DNA of 64,000 nt, taken from Octopus bimaculoides (lineage: Eukaryota). The position numbers and the translations under genes are program-made. The stretch's first letter is position 1; each line of letters begins with the position of its first letter. Under the pieces are notes generated by a model. The model had not been told where the DNA came from. It made no database searches and saw nothing but the letters and a program-made list of their open reading frames with translations. The DNA lies in the NCBI RefSeq assembly GCF_001194135.2, contig NC_068985.1, positions 84,337,363 to 84,401,362 on the forward strand, written 5' to 3'. Positions 1 through 12,851 of this stretch are shown piece after piece.

Positions 1-537
1 ATATATATATATATATATATATATNNNNNNNNNNNNNNNNNNNNNNNNNNNNNNNNNNNNNNNNNNNNNNNNNNNNNNNNNNNNNNNNNNNNNNNNNNNN
101 NNNNNNNNNNNNNNNNNNNNNNNNNNNNNNNNNNNNNNNNNNNNNNNNNNNNNNNNNNNNNNNNNNNNNNNNNNNNNNNNNNNNNNNNNNNNNNNNNNNN
201 NNNNNNNNNNNNNNNNNNNNNNNNNNNNNNNNNNNNNNNNNNNNNNNNNNNNNNNNNNNNNNNNNNNNNNNNNNNNNNNNNNNNNNNNNNNNNNNNNNNN
301 NNNNNNNNNNNNNNNNNNNNNNNNNNNNNNNNNNNNNNNNNNNNNNNNNNNNNNNNNNNNNNNNNNNNNNNNNNNNNNNNNNNNNNNNNNNNNNNNNNNN
401 NNNNNNNNNNNNNNNNNNNNNNNNNNNNNNNNNNNNNNNNNNNNNNNNNNNNNNNNNNNNNNNNNNNNNNNNNNNNNNNNNNNNNNNNNNNNNNNNNNNN
501 NNNNNNNNNNNNNNNNNNNNNNNNNNNNNNNNNNNNN

Positions 538-838
538 TTCCATAAGTTTTGTCCGAATTTTGAATAAAGAAAACAAGTGATCAAATGTTATATTGAAATT
601 TAATCATCAATGTACTTTCCCTGATTATCTTTGACTTTCTTCTATCTATTTACAAGCTTTTTAATCCCATCAATGTAAAACTCTTTTGGTTTCAAAGTGA
701 AGAACTCTGAAATGTCAGTTTCGACCTCCTCGTGGCTTGCGAAAGTTATGTCCCCCAAATGATTCTGTAAACTACGAAACAAATGGTAGTCTGAAGGAGC
801 AAGGTCGGGAGAATAAGGTTGATGAGGAATTTTTTCCT
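538..838 (-). mobile_element. mariner transposon relic, 3' end of transposase plus part of terminal region
   Basis: Minus-strand translation 838->600: EEKIPHQPYSPDLAPSDYHLFRSLQNHLGDITFASHEEVETDISEFFTLKPKEFYIDGIKKLVNR*KKVKDNQGKYIDD*. Contains the mariner YSPDLAPSD motif and typical C-terminus; one premature stop; left end runs into the N gap. Confidence 0.85.
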
Positions 839-842
839 CATC

Positions 843-1680
843 ACATGTGTGTGAATAGCCATGTTACATGGCAGTGAAACATGGGCTGTGACTGCTGAGG
901 ACATGCATATGTTTGCAAGAAATGAAGCCAGTATGCTCCACTGGATGTGTAATGCCAGTGTGAATACATGACAGAGTGTAAGTACCATAAGAGAAAAGTT
1001 GGACATAAGAAACATCAGATGTGGTGTGCAAGAGAGAGAGACGACTGCACTGATATGGTCATGTGTTGTATATGGATGAGGACAGCTGTGTGAAAAAGTG
1101 TTGCACCCTAGCAGTAGAGGGAACCTGTGGAAGAGGTAGACCTAGGAAGACCTGAGATGAGGTGGTGAAGTACGACCTTCAAACGTTGGGCCTTACAGAG
1201 GCGATGACAAGTGACCAAGACCTTTGGAGATACACTGTGCTTCAGAAGACCCAGCAAGTCAAGTATGACTATAACCATGGCCTATGCCAGTGCAGTATAA
1301 CTGGCCCATTTAAGAGCACCCTTCAATCATTGGGCAATAAACTGCGCTTGTGAAGACCTGTTGAGCAAAGTGAAATCATTGTTGTGGTCGATGCCAGTAC
1401 TGCCTGACCGGTTCCATGCTGGTGGCACATAAAAAGCACCATTTGAGCATGGTCGTTACGAGTGCCACCTGACTGGCTCCCATGCTGGTGGCATGTAAGA
1501 AAACACCTACTACACTCTCAGAGTGGTTGGCGTTAGGAAGGGCATCCAACCGTAGAAACTTTGTCAGAGCAGATTGGAGCCTGGTGCAGCCTTCTGGCTT
1601 GATTGGCGGGGTGGAAACCAACCAAACCATCCAACCTATGCCAGCATGGAAGGCAGACATTAAACAATAATGATGATGAT
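843..1680 (+). mobile_element. 5'-truncated RTE-clade LINE, 3' end of ORF plus 3' UTR
   Basis: Translation AMLHGSETWAVTAEDM...NEASMLHWMC...YGHVLYMDEDSCVKK...GRGRPRKT*DEVVKYDL with stops and a frameshift, typical of the RTE RT C-terminal region. UTR has ggtggca(c/t)(a/g)taa subrepeats, the ggcgttaggaagggcatcc motif and a (GAT)n tail. Confidence 0.8.
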
Positions 1681-2779
1681 AATATATATATATGTCCCTG
1701 ATATTCCTAAAAGTAAGGTGCCATGTAAAACACATGTGAAAAGTACCCAGTGCACTAAGTAAAATCGTTTGCATAAGGAAAGGCTTCCTTTTCATTGATT
1801 TGAAGAGAGTAATTTACTGATAATTAAGTGGTGTCTTCAAACACCACTGACACCCTATACATATATGTATATATCATCATCATCATTATTTAATGTTCAT
1901 ATTTACATGTTTGCATGTGTTGGGCAGAATTTATTTAAAGTAGCGAAAGTGAGCTAGAATGTTAAAATTTAGCACACATGCACAACAGAGTTCAAAGTCA
2001 ATCTGTGCCAAGCAGCATTATTCTGAGTGCTTTAGCTTTGTTACTTTGGCAACAGTCCGGATACTTATTGATCAGATTATGTATGTATCCATTCGTCATA
2101 GAATGGGCTTTCTCATATAGTTTTACCAAATTCCACACACAAAACATCACTTGGTCTATATCTCTAGTAGAACACAATTCTACAAAGTGCTATGCAGTGG
2201 GATTGAACCTGGTACTCTGTAGTCAGGAATCAAACTTCATGTGCCTGTGCTTATTAATCTTTTTAATTATTCAATTTCTTGTTTACTTCTTCATGTCACT
2301 GTTTTTATGTTTATTATTCATTTGTTTTTCTCCTGATCTTGGGGAAAAAACAAGTCTAAATTAAAACTGACAGATAACATGAAAATAAGAACAATATCTT
2401 GTCATAAATAAAATAGCAACACAAACAATAACAACTGTAATAAAATATAATACTTCTCTGTTCTTCCATAAATCTTCCTCATTTTTTGCTGTTTTCAATG
2501 CATTATTTAAAATCTATAAAGTGTAGAAGGTGGCAGAATTGCTAGAATGTCAGGAAAAAATGCTTTTTGAAGCTTAATTATATCAGTTGATATTCTAGGT
2601 TCAAAACCTGCTTTGTTCAACATTAACTTTCATCCTTTTAGATGTCATAAAATGAAATACAAAGTGATAATACCAGTCATATACTAGGGTCAATATAGTC
2701 AACTATGCTTTCATCCTAAAATTGGATATAGATTGCAAAGATTACCTTCCAAAGTAGCATAAGTAGTTTCAAATTACAG

Positions 2780-3470
2780 ATTATATCTAGACCTGAAGAT
2801 TTTTCTCAAAGCTGGAAAAGATAGGAGCTATTTCTTTAATTTCTGCTTTGATGATGGTCTATTAGCTTCAAACAACATCTTTACTTTGGGGTTATTTGCA
2901 GTGCTGCTCAATCTACAAACATCAACTGATACATCTAGATGAGTCGGTGTAAATACCCACGTTATTTAACCTCCAAATGTTTTTAATTCAGATTTCTCTC
3001 CTTCTTTGAACTCATCATTTTCCCTTAGTGACCTCTTTTCTTTATTTCTCTTGGACTCATACATAATATGTATAAAATCTTAATCTAGCAATTTTTTTCT
3101 TGTGTTGATTAACATTCAGTTCTAAATACTCGAAAATTCCACTTTCATAGGTTCTTAACTTAAATTCCCTTTTTACTACTGTGATTGTATTCTTCCCAAA
3201 CACAGAATATAAAATCATCCACATGCATTACCAGCAGGTCCATCAGTTTCCCACTTGCATCATACAAGTGAAATAAAGTATTGTCATTAATACCAGTCTT
3301 CCCAATTGGATCAGCACTTAAGTCACCTTCTTATTCCATGACAACGGTGCATCATTCAACCTACAGATGCATCTCTTCAGCTTCCACATTTGTGATTCTA
3401 GACTTATATCTGAAGGTAGCTTTAGGAACACTTCTCTCTTCAAACTATCACCATTAAAATGCCCAGAGTC
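2780..3470 (-). mobile_element. Ty1/copia-like reverse transcriptase relic
   Basis: Minus-strand frames: GDSLKREVFLKLPSDISLESQMWKLKRCICRLNDAPLSWNKKV; DNTLFHLYDASGKLMDLLVMHVDDFIF (HVDDF at 3225-3211); KSELKTFGG*ITWVFTPTHLDVSVDVCRLSS. These match copia RT blocks in the correct order, with stops and frameshifts. Confidence 0.7.
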
Positions 3471-3524
3471 TGTGCTCACCAATTCATAACTAATATTTTT
3501 AACATTACTAACCTTATTTTCTGC

Positions 3525-3734
3525 AATGGACCCCTTAAATTCCTATTTTACTCAGAAGGTGGGATCTTCATGATCATTCGATCCCTAAAAAACTATTATA
3601 TTTTTATGATTAAATATTATTAGGAACTGAACAAAAAAATGTTTAAATATTTTGTGTATTGTAGAAATATAACCAGTTTATTGCACATAAGCTTTAACAA
3701 CAAAATCTTATATGGACCCATTTGAGGACCACTG
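3525..3734. mobile_element. possible hAT-type non-autonomous element fragment
   Basis: Ends in gaggaccactg (rc CAGTGGTCCTC, Charlie/hAT-like TIR start) with two atggaccc motifs; only one terminus seen. Confidence 0.3.
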
Positions 3735-5039
3735 CTTTAAAATGTTGCAGTACATTGTTTGATGTTTTACAATTTTTTAATAATTTTTTAACTAAAGGAA
3801 TCCACTAGTAACCTAAGAATGTGGTTTCCAGCTGCACAAATTTACCCAAAATCCAACAATACTTACTTTTAAAATCCAACACTATTCCACCGATTTTCCT
3901 AGCTCTAAGGCATAAAACGAAGAGACAGTTGTCAAAAATTGGTTTTGGTCTGTGGTTTAGTCAGTGAGGAAGAAGAAGTGCTATTTGTCTTTGTAGGTCA
4001 GGCAGGAAATACTGATGTCAGGCAGGAAATACTGATGTACTTGTTGTTCAGTTAACAACTAAAGTTGTTAGCCATCTGTCATACAAACATTACATACAAA
4101 AGGAATGAATTCTAGAAGGTTACAGCACAATGAGAAATGATAGGAAAGGTGTTGTTTGTTGTGGGATATTAACAAGCAGGTGGAGGCAGAAAGAATAATG
4201 AAAAGGGAAGAGACAAGAGTGTCAGGTGGTTTGGGATGGAAACAGTGTAGTACCTTGTTGGCTTAAAAAAAGTCATTGTATGAGAAGTAGAAAAGATATA
4301 AAATTCTCTGGGAATATTACATGTAAAAAGATTATTGTCTCACCCAGAGGCAGATTTATCTTATCTGTTTAATACCATAAAATGAGAGCAAAGTGTTGGG
4401 TTTTAAAATCCAGTTGAGTTTTAGGAGTATTCATATTATTTACATTTGTTTAAACCTGAATAAATGAATCTGTAAAGTTTGTTTACACCTCATGAATTTT
4501 AAAATTATATTTGAAATGCCATTTCTGTATTTGGAGCTATCATAGTAAAAAAAAACAAATTGCCAAATAAACATCAGATTGAAATTGTTGAAATTGATGC
4601 CATTTTAAAGAATAACACCATTCAGCAGAGCTATTTCAGACCTTGTTAGTCTGCTTGGAGTCATTTTATAAAATTGCACATTAAATAAAAATCTTTAAAT
4701 CTGTAGCTAAAAAATATAAAACTTTATTGGTCTGCTGGGTGCCGTTTGGTCAAGTGATGCTGCTAATCTTTAGAATAACCGAGAGAATCATTAGTTTTGC
4801 TGTGAGCAATTACTGTAACAGATTGCTGGTAAAACATTGTGTCACCAACGATCCACAGGAAATGTTGACCAGCTTTATGATAAAGAAAGATGGCTGGTGC
4901 TTTACATTTAGTTGACAATATTTTATATTATTTTACAAAATAAACTGAGAAATGATATTTGTTATTGCTAAGTCTATCTATCCAACCATCCATTCATGTT
5001 TGTATGCGTGTACATATGTATCTATGTATCTATCATTTT

Positions 5040-5097
5040 AGCTATCTGTCTGTTAAACTATATCGATCTATGTACATAGTTTACAATTTGTGTACAT

Positions 5098-5128
<31 letters not shown>

Positions 5129-6114
5129 CACATACATACATCAGCTCAGGCTATCAAGATATTAATATAGCTATGCATATATTTATTCATTTCTCTCTCC
5201 CTATATATGTATGGGGAGAGAGAAATTAACATATATATATATATACATACATACATACACATGCATACACACACATACAGAGAGAGAGTCATAGGAAGAA
5301 GAGGAAGTGATGCGTACAGATACATACATAAGTCATAAACAAATAGATAGATCATAAAGTGAAGGTAAAATAAAAACAAACACGGAAAGCAAAAGGAAGA
5401 TTAGTAAAACAGACATTTATCACATTTCAATAGAATTTAGCCTAACCTTTCTGTCAANNNNNNNNNNNNNNNNNNNNNNNNNNNNNNNNNNNNNNNNNNN
5501 NNNNNNNNNNNNNNNNNNNNNNNNNNNNNNNNNNNNNNNNNNNNNNNNNNNNNNNNNNNNNNNNNNNNNNNNNNNNNNNNNNNNNNNNNNNNNNNNNNNN
5601 NNNNNNNNNNNNNNNNNNNNNNNNNNNNNNNNNNNNNNNNNNNNNNNNNNNNNNNNNNNNNNNNNNNNNNNNNNNNNNNNNNNNNNNNNNNNNNNNNNNN
5701 NNNNNNNNNNNNNNNNNNNNNNNNNNNNNNNNNNNNNNNNNNNNNNNNNNNNNNNNNNNNNNNNNNNNNNNNNNNNNNNNNNNNNNNNNNNNNNNNNNNN
5801 NNNNNNNNNNNNNNNNNNNNNNNNNNNNNNNNNNNNNNNNNNNNNNNNNNNNNNNNNNNNNNNNNNNNNNNNNNNNNNNNNNNNNNNNNNNNNNNNNNNN
5901 NNNNNNNNNNNNNNNNNNNNNNNNNNNNNNNNNNNNNNNNNNNNNNNNNNNNNNNNNNNNNNNNNNNNNNNNNNNNNNNNNNNNNNNNNNNNNNNNNNNN
6001 NNNNNNNNNNNNNNNNNNNNNNNNNNNNNNNNNNNNNNNNNNNNNNNNNNNNNNNNNNNNNNNNNNNNNNNNNNNNNNNNNNNNNNCATGTATATATATA
6101 TATATATATACATA

Positions 6115-6148
<34 letters not shown>

Positions 6149-6604
6149 CATATATATACATATATGTATATATATATATATATGAATATATATATATTCT
6201 TTTTTTTTTTTCTAGTTCACCAAATCCAGATTTGCTTATGAATTTTATATTCATAAGCAAACCTGTTCATGCAGTTAGTATTTCTCTTTCATTTTTCCAC
6301 ACACTAAATGGTTTTTACATAAATTCTTGCCTCGACATCACCTCCCAACACTTAAGGATATCCCCCACGCCACTACCAACACACAACTTTTACAAACGCA
6401 GGCATATGCACACAACAGGCATTACACTTATTACATTGACACCAATTATGTATGCACACATGTATACACACACACACACACACACACATATGTATATACA
6501 CGCATATTATATTTTTGTCAATATGTTATACTATAGATCCAATATTTCCTTCTTAAAAAATGTAACAGATGTGTGCACCCATGTACAAACGTGTGTATAT
6601 ATAC

Positions 6605-6637
<33 letters not shown>

Positions 6638-6648
6638 CATATATATAT

Positions 6649-6732
<84 letters not shown>

Positions 6733-6851
6733 GTACACATATATGTATTGTATTTGATGGACTTGTTTTAATATTGTTTTAGTTGTTCATTATCTATCAT
6801 AGTTTCAATATATCATACAATATTGTATCTGTGAGTGTGTGCATCATATAT

Positions 6852-6896
<45 letters not shown>

Positions 6897-7032
6897 NNNN
6901 NNNNNNNNNNNNNNNNNNNNNNNNNNNNNNNNCATATATATGTGTGTGCGTATGTATGTGTATAACTATTTGTATATCTGTATGCATGTAAGTATACATA
7001 TGTGTGTGTGTATGCTTGTGTTGTATATATAT

Positions 7033-7073
<41 letters not shown>

Positions 7074-8003
7074 TCTGTATTTTACTCCTTGTTTCTTTCC
7101 TTCTTCCAATCTTTGACTTGGTTTTATCTCTCTCACCCTCTCTCTATCTATCTATCTATCTGCCTTTTCCATTTACTCTTATTTTAGGGGTTTTGTTTGT
7201 TTTTTTTGTGCCGTCTCATTTTATTTTACTTATATTACCCTCTTTACTACAATACCAAAATATTAAATCTATGTTTTATATCTATCCACACACACATATA
7301 CACGTGCACATACACACACATACTTGCCAATCTTCATCTCCCTTTCTCTCTCTCTCTCTCTCTCCTGCCCTCTTCGCCTCTCTGTCTATCTATCTATCTA
7401 TCCTCCCTCTTTTTTCTCTCGTGTTTAGTATGTGGTCTACCATAACCAATGTTCCACATCCTCTGTTTGTTTACATGAGTTCCTCTTGTTGTCCACCTCT
7501 TTTTCACAAACATTATATTTGCAACGCCACCACCACCGTAACCCTCTCTCTTCTCTCACACTTTCATCAAACTATGTGATTATAATCAAAGTCCAGATAT
7601 TAGTATCAATTTTTATCATGAATGCCATCATTTTTTCGTAGATAGATATCTATAGTTTTGCTTTATATGCACACTTACTCTCACACAAGCACACACATAT
7701 ATATATATATATGAACTTAAGTGTACAATTATATAAGTGCATACACATATTTATGAATCTATTTCCTTTCTTTCATTTCATATGTTTGTGTATGTATTTC
7801 CTCTATTATATGTATATATGCATTTATCATTACATACACTCACACAAACAGTGAGTGCATCATATTATTGTGTATGCATATATTTATTTTATATGTATGA
7901 TATCATCCTAACTAGAGTCTGTATCCTATTAAATAGATATATTATATTTTATATATGTGTATATATATATATATAAATATATATATAAATAATGTTTGTG
8001 TGT

Positions 8004-8102
<99 letters not shown>

Positions 8103-8513
8103 CATATATATATATATGTATATGTATGTATGTATGTATATGTATGTATGTATGTATGCATGGCTATGTGAATTTATGAGAAGAGAGAAAAAAGGGGAAA
8201 AGATATGGACATTTGACTGTCTATGTTGGAGATTGAGCTTTATAAAATAGATTGAATATTTAATAACATATATATATTCAATATGATCAGAAGGCTTTTA
8301 GTCTTGTTCAGAATGGCGATCAGTCCATTAGTCCTATAAATTTTTGATGAGCCAATGATGTGTCATCTTTTGACAGAGATATTCAGGCAGAAAGTTATTT
8401 TAAACGGGGTACATAACCTTGCAGTTCCTGACACTTCATTCTTATTAAATCTATCATTAGTTAATGGTTTCATTATATATATATGTGTGTGTATATATAT
8501 ATATATATATAAT

Positions 8514-8555
<42 letters not shown>

Positions 8556-8580
8556 TGTATAAATATACATATATTTTAAG
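5040..8580. repeat. cluster of (TA)n/(CA)n/(TC)n/(TATC)n microsatellite mosaics
   Basis: Long dinucleotide runs at about 5100-5290, 6088-6200, 6450-6750, 6840-7070, 7340-7400, 7940-8160 and 8470-8575; source of the YIYI/HTHT pseudo-ORFs. Confidence 0.95.
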
Positions 8581-8841
8581 TTAACCTTTCTAATTAACCT
8601 TTTATGCTTTTTTTTGTTGTGCATGCAGGGTTTTTTGTTTTGGTTTTTTTTTTGCATTATTGTATCAATTGTGATTTTATTTTTAATTAGATAGGAAAAT
8701 TTACTCTCTTTTATTAAAAAGTTTTTTGGTTTTTTTGAGAAATTTGCTTTCAGATATGTATGCTTATGTATGTCTGCCCTTGATATAGTGCCCTTCTTTT
8801 CATATCAGTACCTTGGAATTTGCATTCTAATACTTTAACAG

Positions 8842-8871
8842 CTCTCTGAAAGATAGCAGAGGAAGAAAATG
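8842..8871 (+). other. candidate 30-nt micro-exon (possibly a 5' UTR exon ending in ATG)
   Basis: ctaat branch-like motif, tttaacag acceptor, exon ends AAAATG followed by gtaaag donor. Pyrimidine tract is weak and no homology recognised. Confidence 0.2.
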
Positions 8872-9020
8872 GTAAAGGTTAATGAGAAATGAAAATTATG
8901 GGTTGACAAGAGAGCTCCTCCTGTATGACAGTCTTTTGATCTGACATAAGCATAGTTTTCACAGTATAGAGAGAGATCTTTATCAGAAAATCCATTCTAG
9001 TATATCATCAATGTTGCAAA

Positions 9021-9091
9021 ATTCCAGCGGTTTAGTGGGAGAATGCTTTCTTGCAGTGCAAGCAGTTTGGGTTCAGTTTCCAGTCATTGCA
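9021..9091 (+). pseudogene. decayed tRNA-Gly(GCC)-like sequence
   Basis: 71 nt; about 42/71 ungapped identity by my count to the metazoan tRNA-Gly(GCC) sequence as I recall it. A-box (ggtttagtggg) and B-box (ggttcagtttcc) remnants and a TGCA end; acceptor stem and anticodon destroyed. Confidence 0.55.
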
Positions 9092-9106
9092 TTGTCTATT
9101 TTATAT

Positions 9107-9570
9107 AGGTACAGACCTGGCTGTGTGATTAAAGTTGGCTTTGCAACCATGTGGTTCTTGTTTCAATCCCACAGCACCTTGAGCATGTATCTTATAGGTT
9201 TAGGCCTGGCTGTGTGATTGAGAAGCTTGCTTTGCAACCATGTGGTTTTGGTTTCAATCTCACAGCCCAGCATGTTGGGCACACATCTGTTGTAGCTAGG
9301 GACTGACAAATGCCTAGTGGGTAGATTTGGAAGTTGGAAACTGTGTGAAACCACGTTGTGTGTATGTGTGTGTGTTTGTGTTAGATCCCACATAACTTGA
9401 CAAAAAGTGTTGCTTTGTTTATGTCCTCATAACTCAGCTGTTGATAAAAAGTAACTGATAGAATAAGTACCAAATTTTAAACAAATAAGAGAAGTACTGG
9501 GGTTTTGTTCAACTAATATCCTTCAAGGTGGTGCCCTAACATGATCACAGATAAAAAGATAAAAGATACA
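9107..9570 (+). mobile_element. tRNA-derived SINE family A copy with duplicated head
   Basis: Two tandem heads (from 9107 and 9196: ggctgtgtgatt...gctttgcaaccatgtggtt...ttcaatc), then core, (TG)n and the gatagaataagtacc tail. Confidence 0.75.
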
Positions 9571-10193
9571 CAATAGCTATGAAATTTAAGTACTGCACTA
9601 CTGAATTGATAGATTTTAAGTTTAATTTTTTTTTTTCTTTTTCAATCTGCTTAGCTGCAGAATCTCGTACAATTTATTTGTAATTGAAGCATTAGTTCTG
9701 GAAAAGATGTAATATAGCATTATATTCTCTGACAATTGCTAGCATTGCAAAATGGTTCTATGTTAGTATAAAAGACAATTAGAATGTTATTAGTTTGTTA
9801 TTACCAGGGATAGGTCTTCAAACATTGATGTCATTCTCTTCTCAATGTTTTAGTTTTGGGTTGCAAAGTGAGCTTCTTAATCACACAGCCATGCATTTGC
9901 CAAACCATGTCTGGTCCTAATACTTGTTTTGTATGGAAGACTTTTTAAAATGCTGATAATGTACCATAACACTTTTTAATGTCTTATTCAGTGGTTTTGA
10001 GAATTGACAAAGGCAGCAAAGTTAGCAGAGAGGGTAGAGCATTGGACTGAATGCTTTGATGTAGTCATTCTGGCTAACTCTCTGTGCGCTAAATTCAAAT
10101 TCCACTGAGTTCAGTTTTGCCTTCTATCCCCTTCAGGACCAAAAATAAAGTGCCACTCTATTACTGGAATCAATTCTTTTCTCTCCTCTCTCT

Positions 10194-10265
<72 letters not shown>

Positions 10266-10587
10266 ACACATGCATAGAATCACCTGTGTTCAGACCATTT
10301 TAAAGCTATGCCAGCTTTAAAATGCCCATATGTCAAGATGACATCTCTCTGATTCCATTAAGTGTTGAGGACCCAAGGAAGAGTATTAATAAGAGCTGCT
10401 CAATAACATTAACACATATACAATTGATGGTAGAAGTTCAATATAATTCTACTCTCTTTCTATTTAGCTGACTAGCTGATTTCAAGAACTCAAGACCTAC
10501 TCACTTGATAGTATTCCATAGTCTAATTAATTTTGATTGGACAAGAAGACTGGATTTATAATGCTCATTTTAATCACAGAAATAGCT

Positions 10588-10942
10588 CAGTAGCTGTGTA
10601 GTTAAAGAGTTCACTTCACAGCCACATGTTTTAGGGTTCAGTTCTACTGAACAGCATGTTAGATAAGCATTTTCTGCTGCTATAGCACTGAGTCAATCAA
10701 TACCTTGTAAGTGAATTTGGTAGATAGAAACCTTGTGTGAGCCAAACGTATATGTGTTGTGTGTGTGGTGTGTGCCTGTGTGTGTGTGTGTGTCCTGCAA
10801 CCCCTTGACAACCTGTACTGGTTTGTTTATGTCCCCATAGTTTAGCAATTTGGAAAAAAGAGACTGATAAAAGAAGTACCAGATGTAAAAATAAAGTAAC
10901 GGGGTTGATTTGTTTGACTAACTCTTCAAAGCAGTACCCATG
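10588..10942 (+). mobile_element. SINE family A copy (diverged)
   Basis: Head ttagggttcagttc, core ccttgtaagtgaatttggtag, (TG)n and 3' part matching the 12100 and 13413 copies. Confidence 0.75.
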
Positions 10943-11662
10943 ATGCCAGGTCCTCCAAAACTGGTGTGAGATGAGGAAAAAGGTTTCTTAATACTGGAGA
11001 CTCGACATAAATGCTTGCAACAAAATGAGCTCATCGAAAGGCATCAAAATTATCAGATGGTGCTATTAAACTGGGTCACAGATTAATTCTACCAGTAAGC
11101 AATGACAAGATTTGAAGTCAGAATGCAAAGAGCTGGAACAAATATCAGAAGGCATCTGTTCCAGCCTACTACTCAAATTTAGTATTTCTTATAGGTCTTC
11201 AATGCACAAAAGTCATTGACTTCAGTGAGATTTGAACTCAAAACACAGAGAGTTGGAACAAATAATTCTGACACTCTAATGACTCTGATAATTTCCTGCC
11301 TGAGGAATTGGAAGTGTCATTAGAGGAACTTTGTCAAGCATATTCCTTTCCCAAATTAATGACGATCTAGCTAGATGTAATATATGATTTCATGAACTGC
11401 TGGCTTTACAATAATTAGAGATCAACTGCAAAGGCAGAATGGCCAGTGTTGACTACACATCACTTGTATTGTGGACTAATCTTTATGGAAATGGAAGAGA
11501 ATGTCAAAGAAGATTTAATTGACTCTCCTTGATTTTATGTTTGGTAGAAAGGGGGGAAAAAAGCTTGAATAAATTAAACTCATATTTAGCAATGTTGAAT
11601 TGATGTGCTATAAAAGAAAGCACTATTTTGCTTTTCTATTTATTTATTTTTTTTTTAATAAG

Positions 11663-11718
11663 ATCATACAAAAAGGCTGGTACAGTGCCTGCAGAATGTT
11701 AGCAAACCTTAAAGATTG
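11663..11718 (+). CDS. candidate 56-nt internal exon of an unidentified host gene (IIQKGWYSACRMLANLKD)
   Basis: Long T tract then taag acceptor; perfect gtaagt donor at 11719; only frame 0 is open. No protein family recognised. Confidence 0.3.
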
Positions 11719-11889
11719 GTAAGTTTTTTGTGGTTGATAAGTCTTTAAAATCTGTAGGCCAATGTCTGCAGAGAAACTTTGAGAGAGAAAGAGAGAGGGA
11801 GAGAGTGAATTTCAGAGTTGTACTTCTAGAAATAAAGAGTAGGGCAAAATTAATGAATGATGTAAATTTTACCTGAATAGCTGTTATTG

Positions 11890-12020
11890 TGTTGCTGCTG
11901 CTACTGATAGTAGTAGTGGTAGTAGTAGTAGTAGTAGTAGCAGCAGTAGTAGTAGTAGTAGTAGTAGTAGTAGCGGCAGCAGCAGCAGCAGCAACAGCAG
12001 TAGTAGTAGTAGTAGTAATT
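11890..12020. repeat. (TAG)n/(CAG)n trinucleotide mosaic
   Basis: Direct reading of the sequence. Confidence 0.9.
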
Positions 12021-12099
12021 TGTTGTTGTTTAGCACCAGGTCAACACTGATTACACACATATATGATCAAAATGCATTTCCGTTGTGTAGCCATACATT

Positions 12100-12515
12100 T
12101 TTTCTGTGTGGTAAGGAGCTTGCTTCTCAGCGACAGGGTTCTGGGTTCAGCCCCACTGCGTGGCACCTTGGGTAAGTGTCTTCTACTATAGCCTCAGGCC
12201 AACCAAAGCCTTGTGCATGGATTTGGTAGACAGAAACTGAAAGAAGCCTATCGTATATATGTGTGTGTGTGTATGTGTGTGTGTATTTGTGTGTGTGTGT
12301 GTGTCTTTGTATCTGTGTTTGTTCCCCACCATTGCTTAACAACCGATGTTAGTAGGTTTATACCCCTGTAACTTAGTGGTTTGGCAAAACAGACAAATAG
12401 AATAAGTACTAGACTTACAAAGAATAAGTCCTGAGATAAATTTCTTCAACTATTAAACCCTTTAAGGTGTTGCTCCAGTATGACTGCTGTCAAATGACTG
12501 AAACAAGTAAAAACA
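12100..12515 (+). mobile_element. SINE family A copy
   Basis: tRNA-like head (tgtggtaag...gggttcagccccactgcg), CORE-like ggcaccttgggtaagtg block, internal (TG)n, tail gctccagtatgactgctgtcaaatgactgaaacaagtaaaa. Confidence 0.85.
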
Positions 12516-12851
12516 TAAAAAACAAAAACATATAAAGATTTATGTTACAAGTATTATTAGTAACATAAGTTCGATACAATCTGATATATGGTAAGGTTGC
12601 TGACTCCTCACAAGGCAAGCCTGTTGGGCTGCTAGAAATCCAGCAAGACAAAAACAATACCTGTCAAAAGGATAAGGTTATCTAGAGTTAACATAGCAAT
12701 AGCACTGGAACTTAAAATTCTGATTTAGTGTCCAGCATGCTATAAGACCCTTGGGAGTGAGGTACCACTTAGATTTTGTTAAAATTTGTCTCTGTTTCGT
12801 TTTTGGATTTGGTTTGCAAGATTTTTTATGTGATTTCATGTGTTGAAGCAT

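Noticed and set aside
1978-2364. 128-aa hydrophobic ORF
   Set aside because: Includes a reverse SINE head (about 2180-2250) and T-rich sequence; no recognisable family.
3997-4036. 20-bp exact tandem duplication gtcaggcaggaaatactgat
   Set aside because: Real but an ordinary slippage duplication with no further structure.
4190-4410. Possible piggyBac transposase traces (WDGNSVV, KMRAKCW)
   Set aside because: Too short and fragmented to support.
4727-4915. VCWVPF resembling a GPCR TM6 motif
   Set aside because: No TM7 NPxxY, an upstream in-frame stop 15 codons away, and no convincing splice sites.
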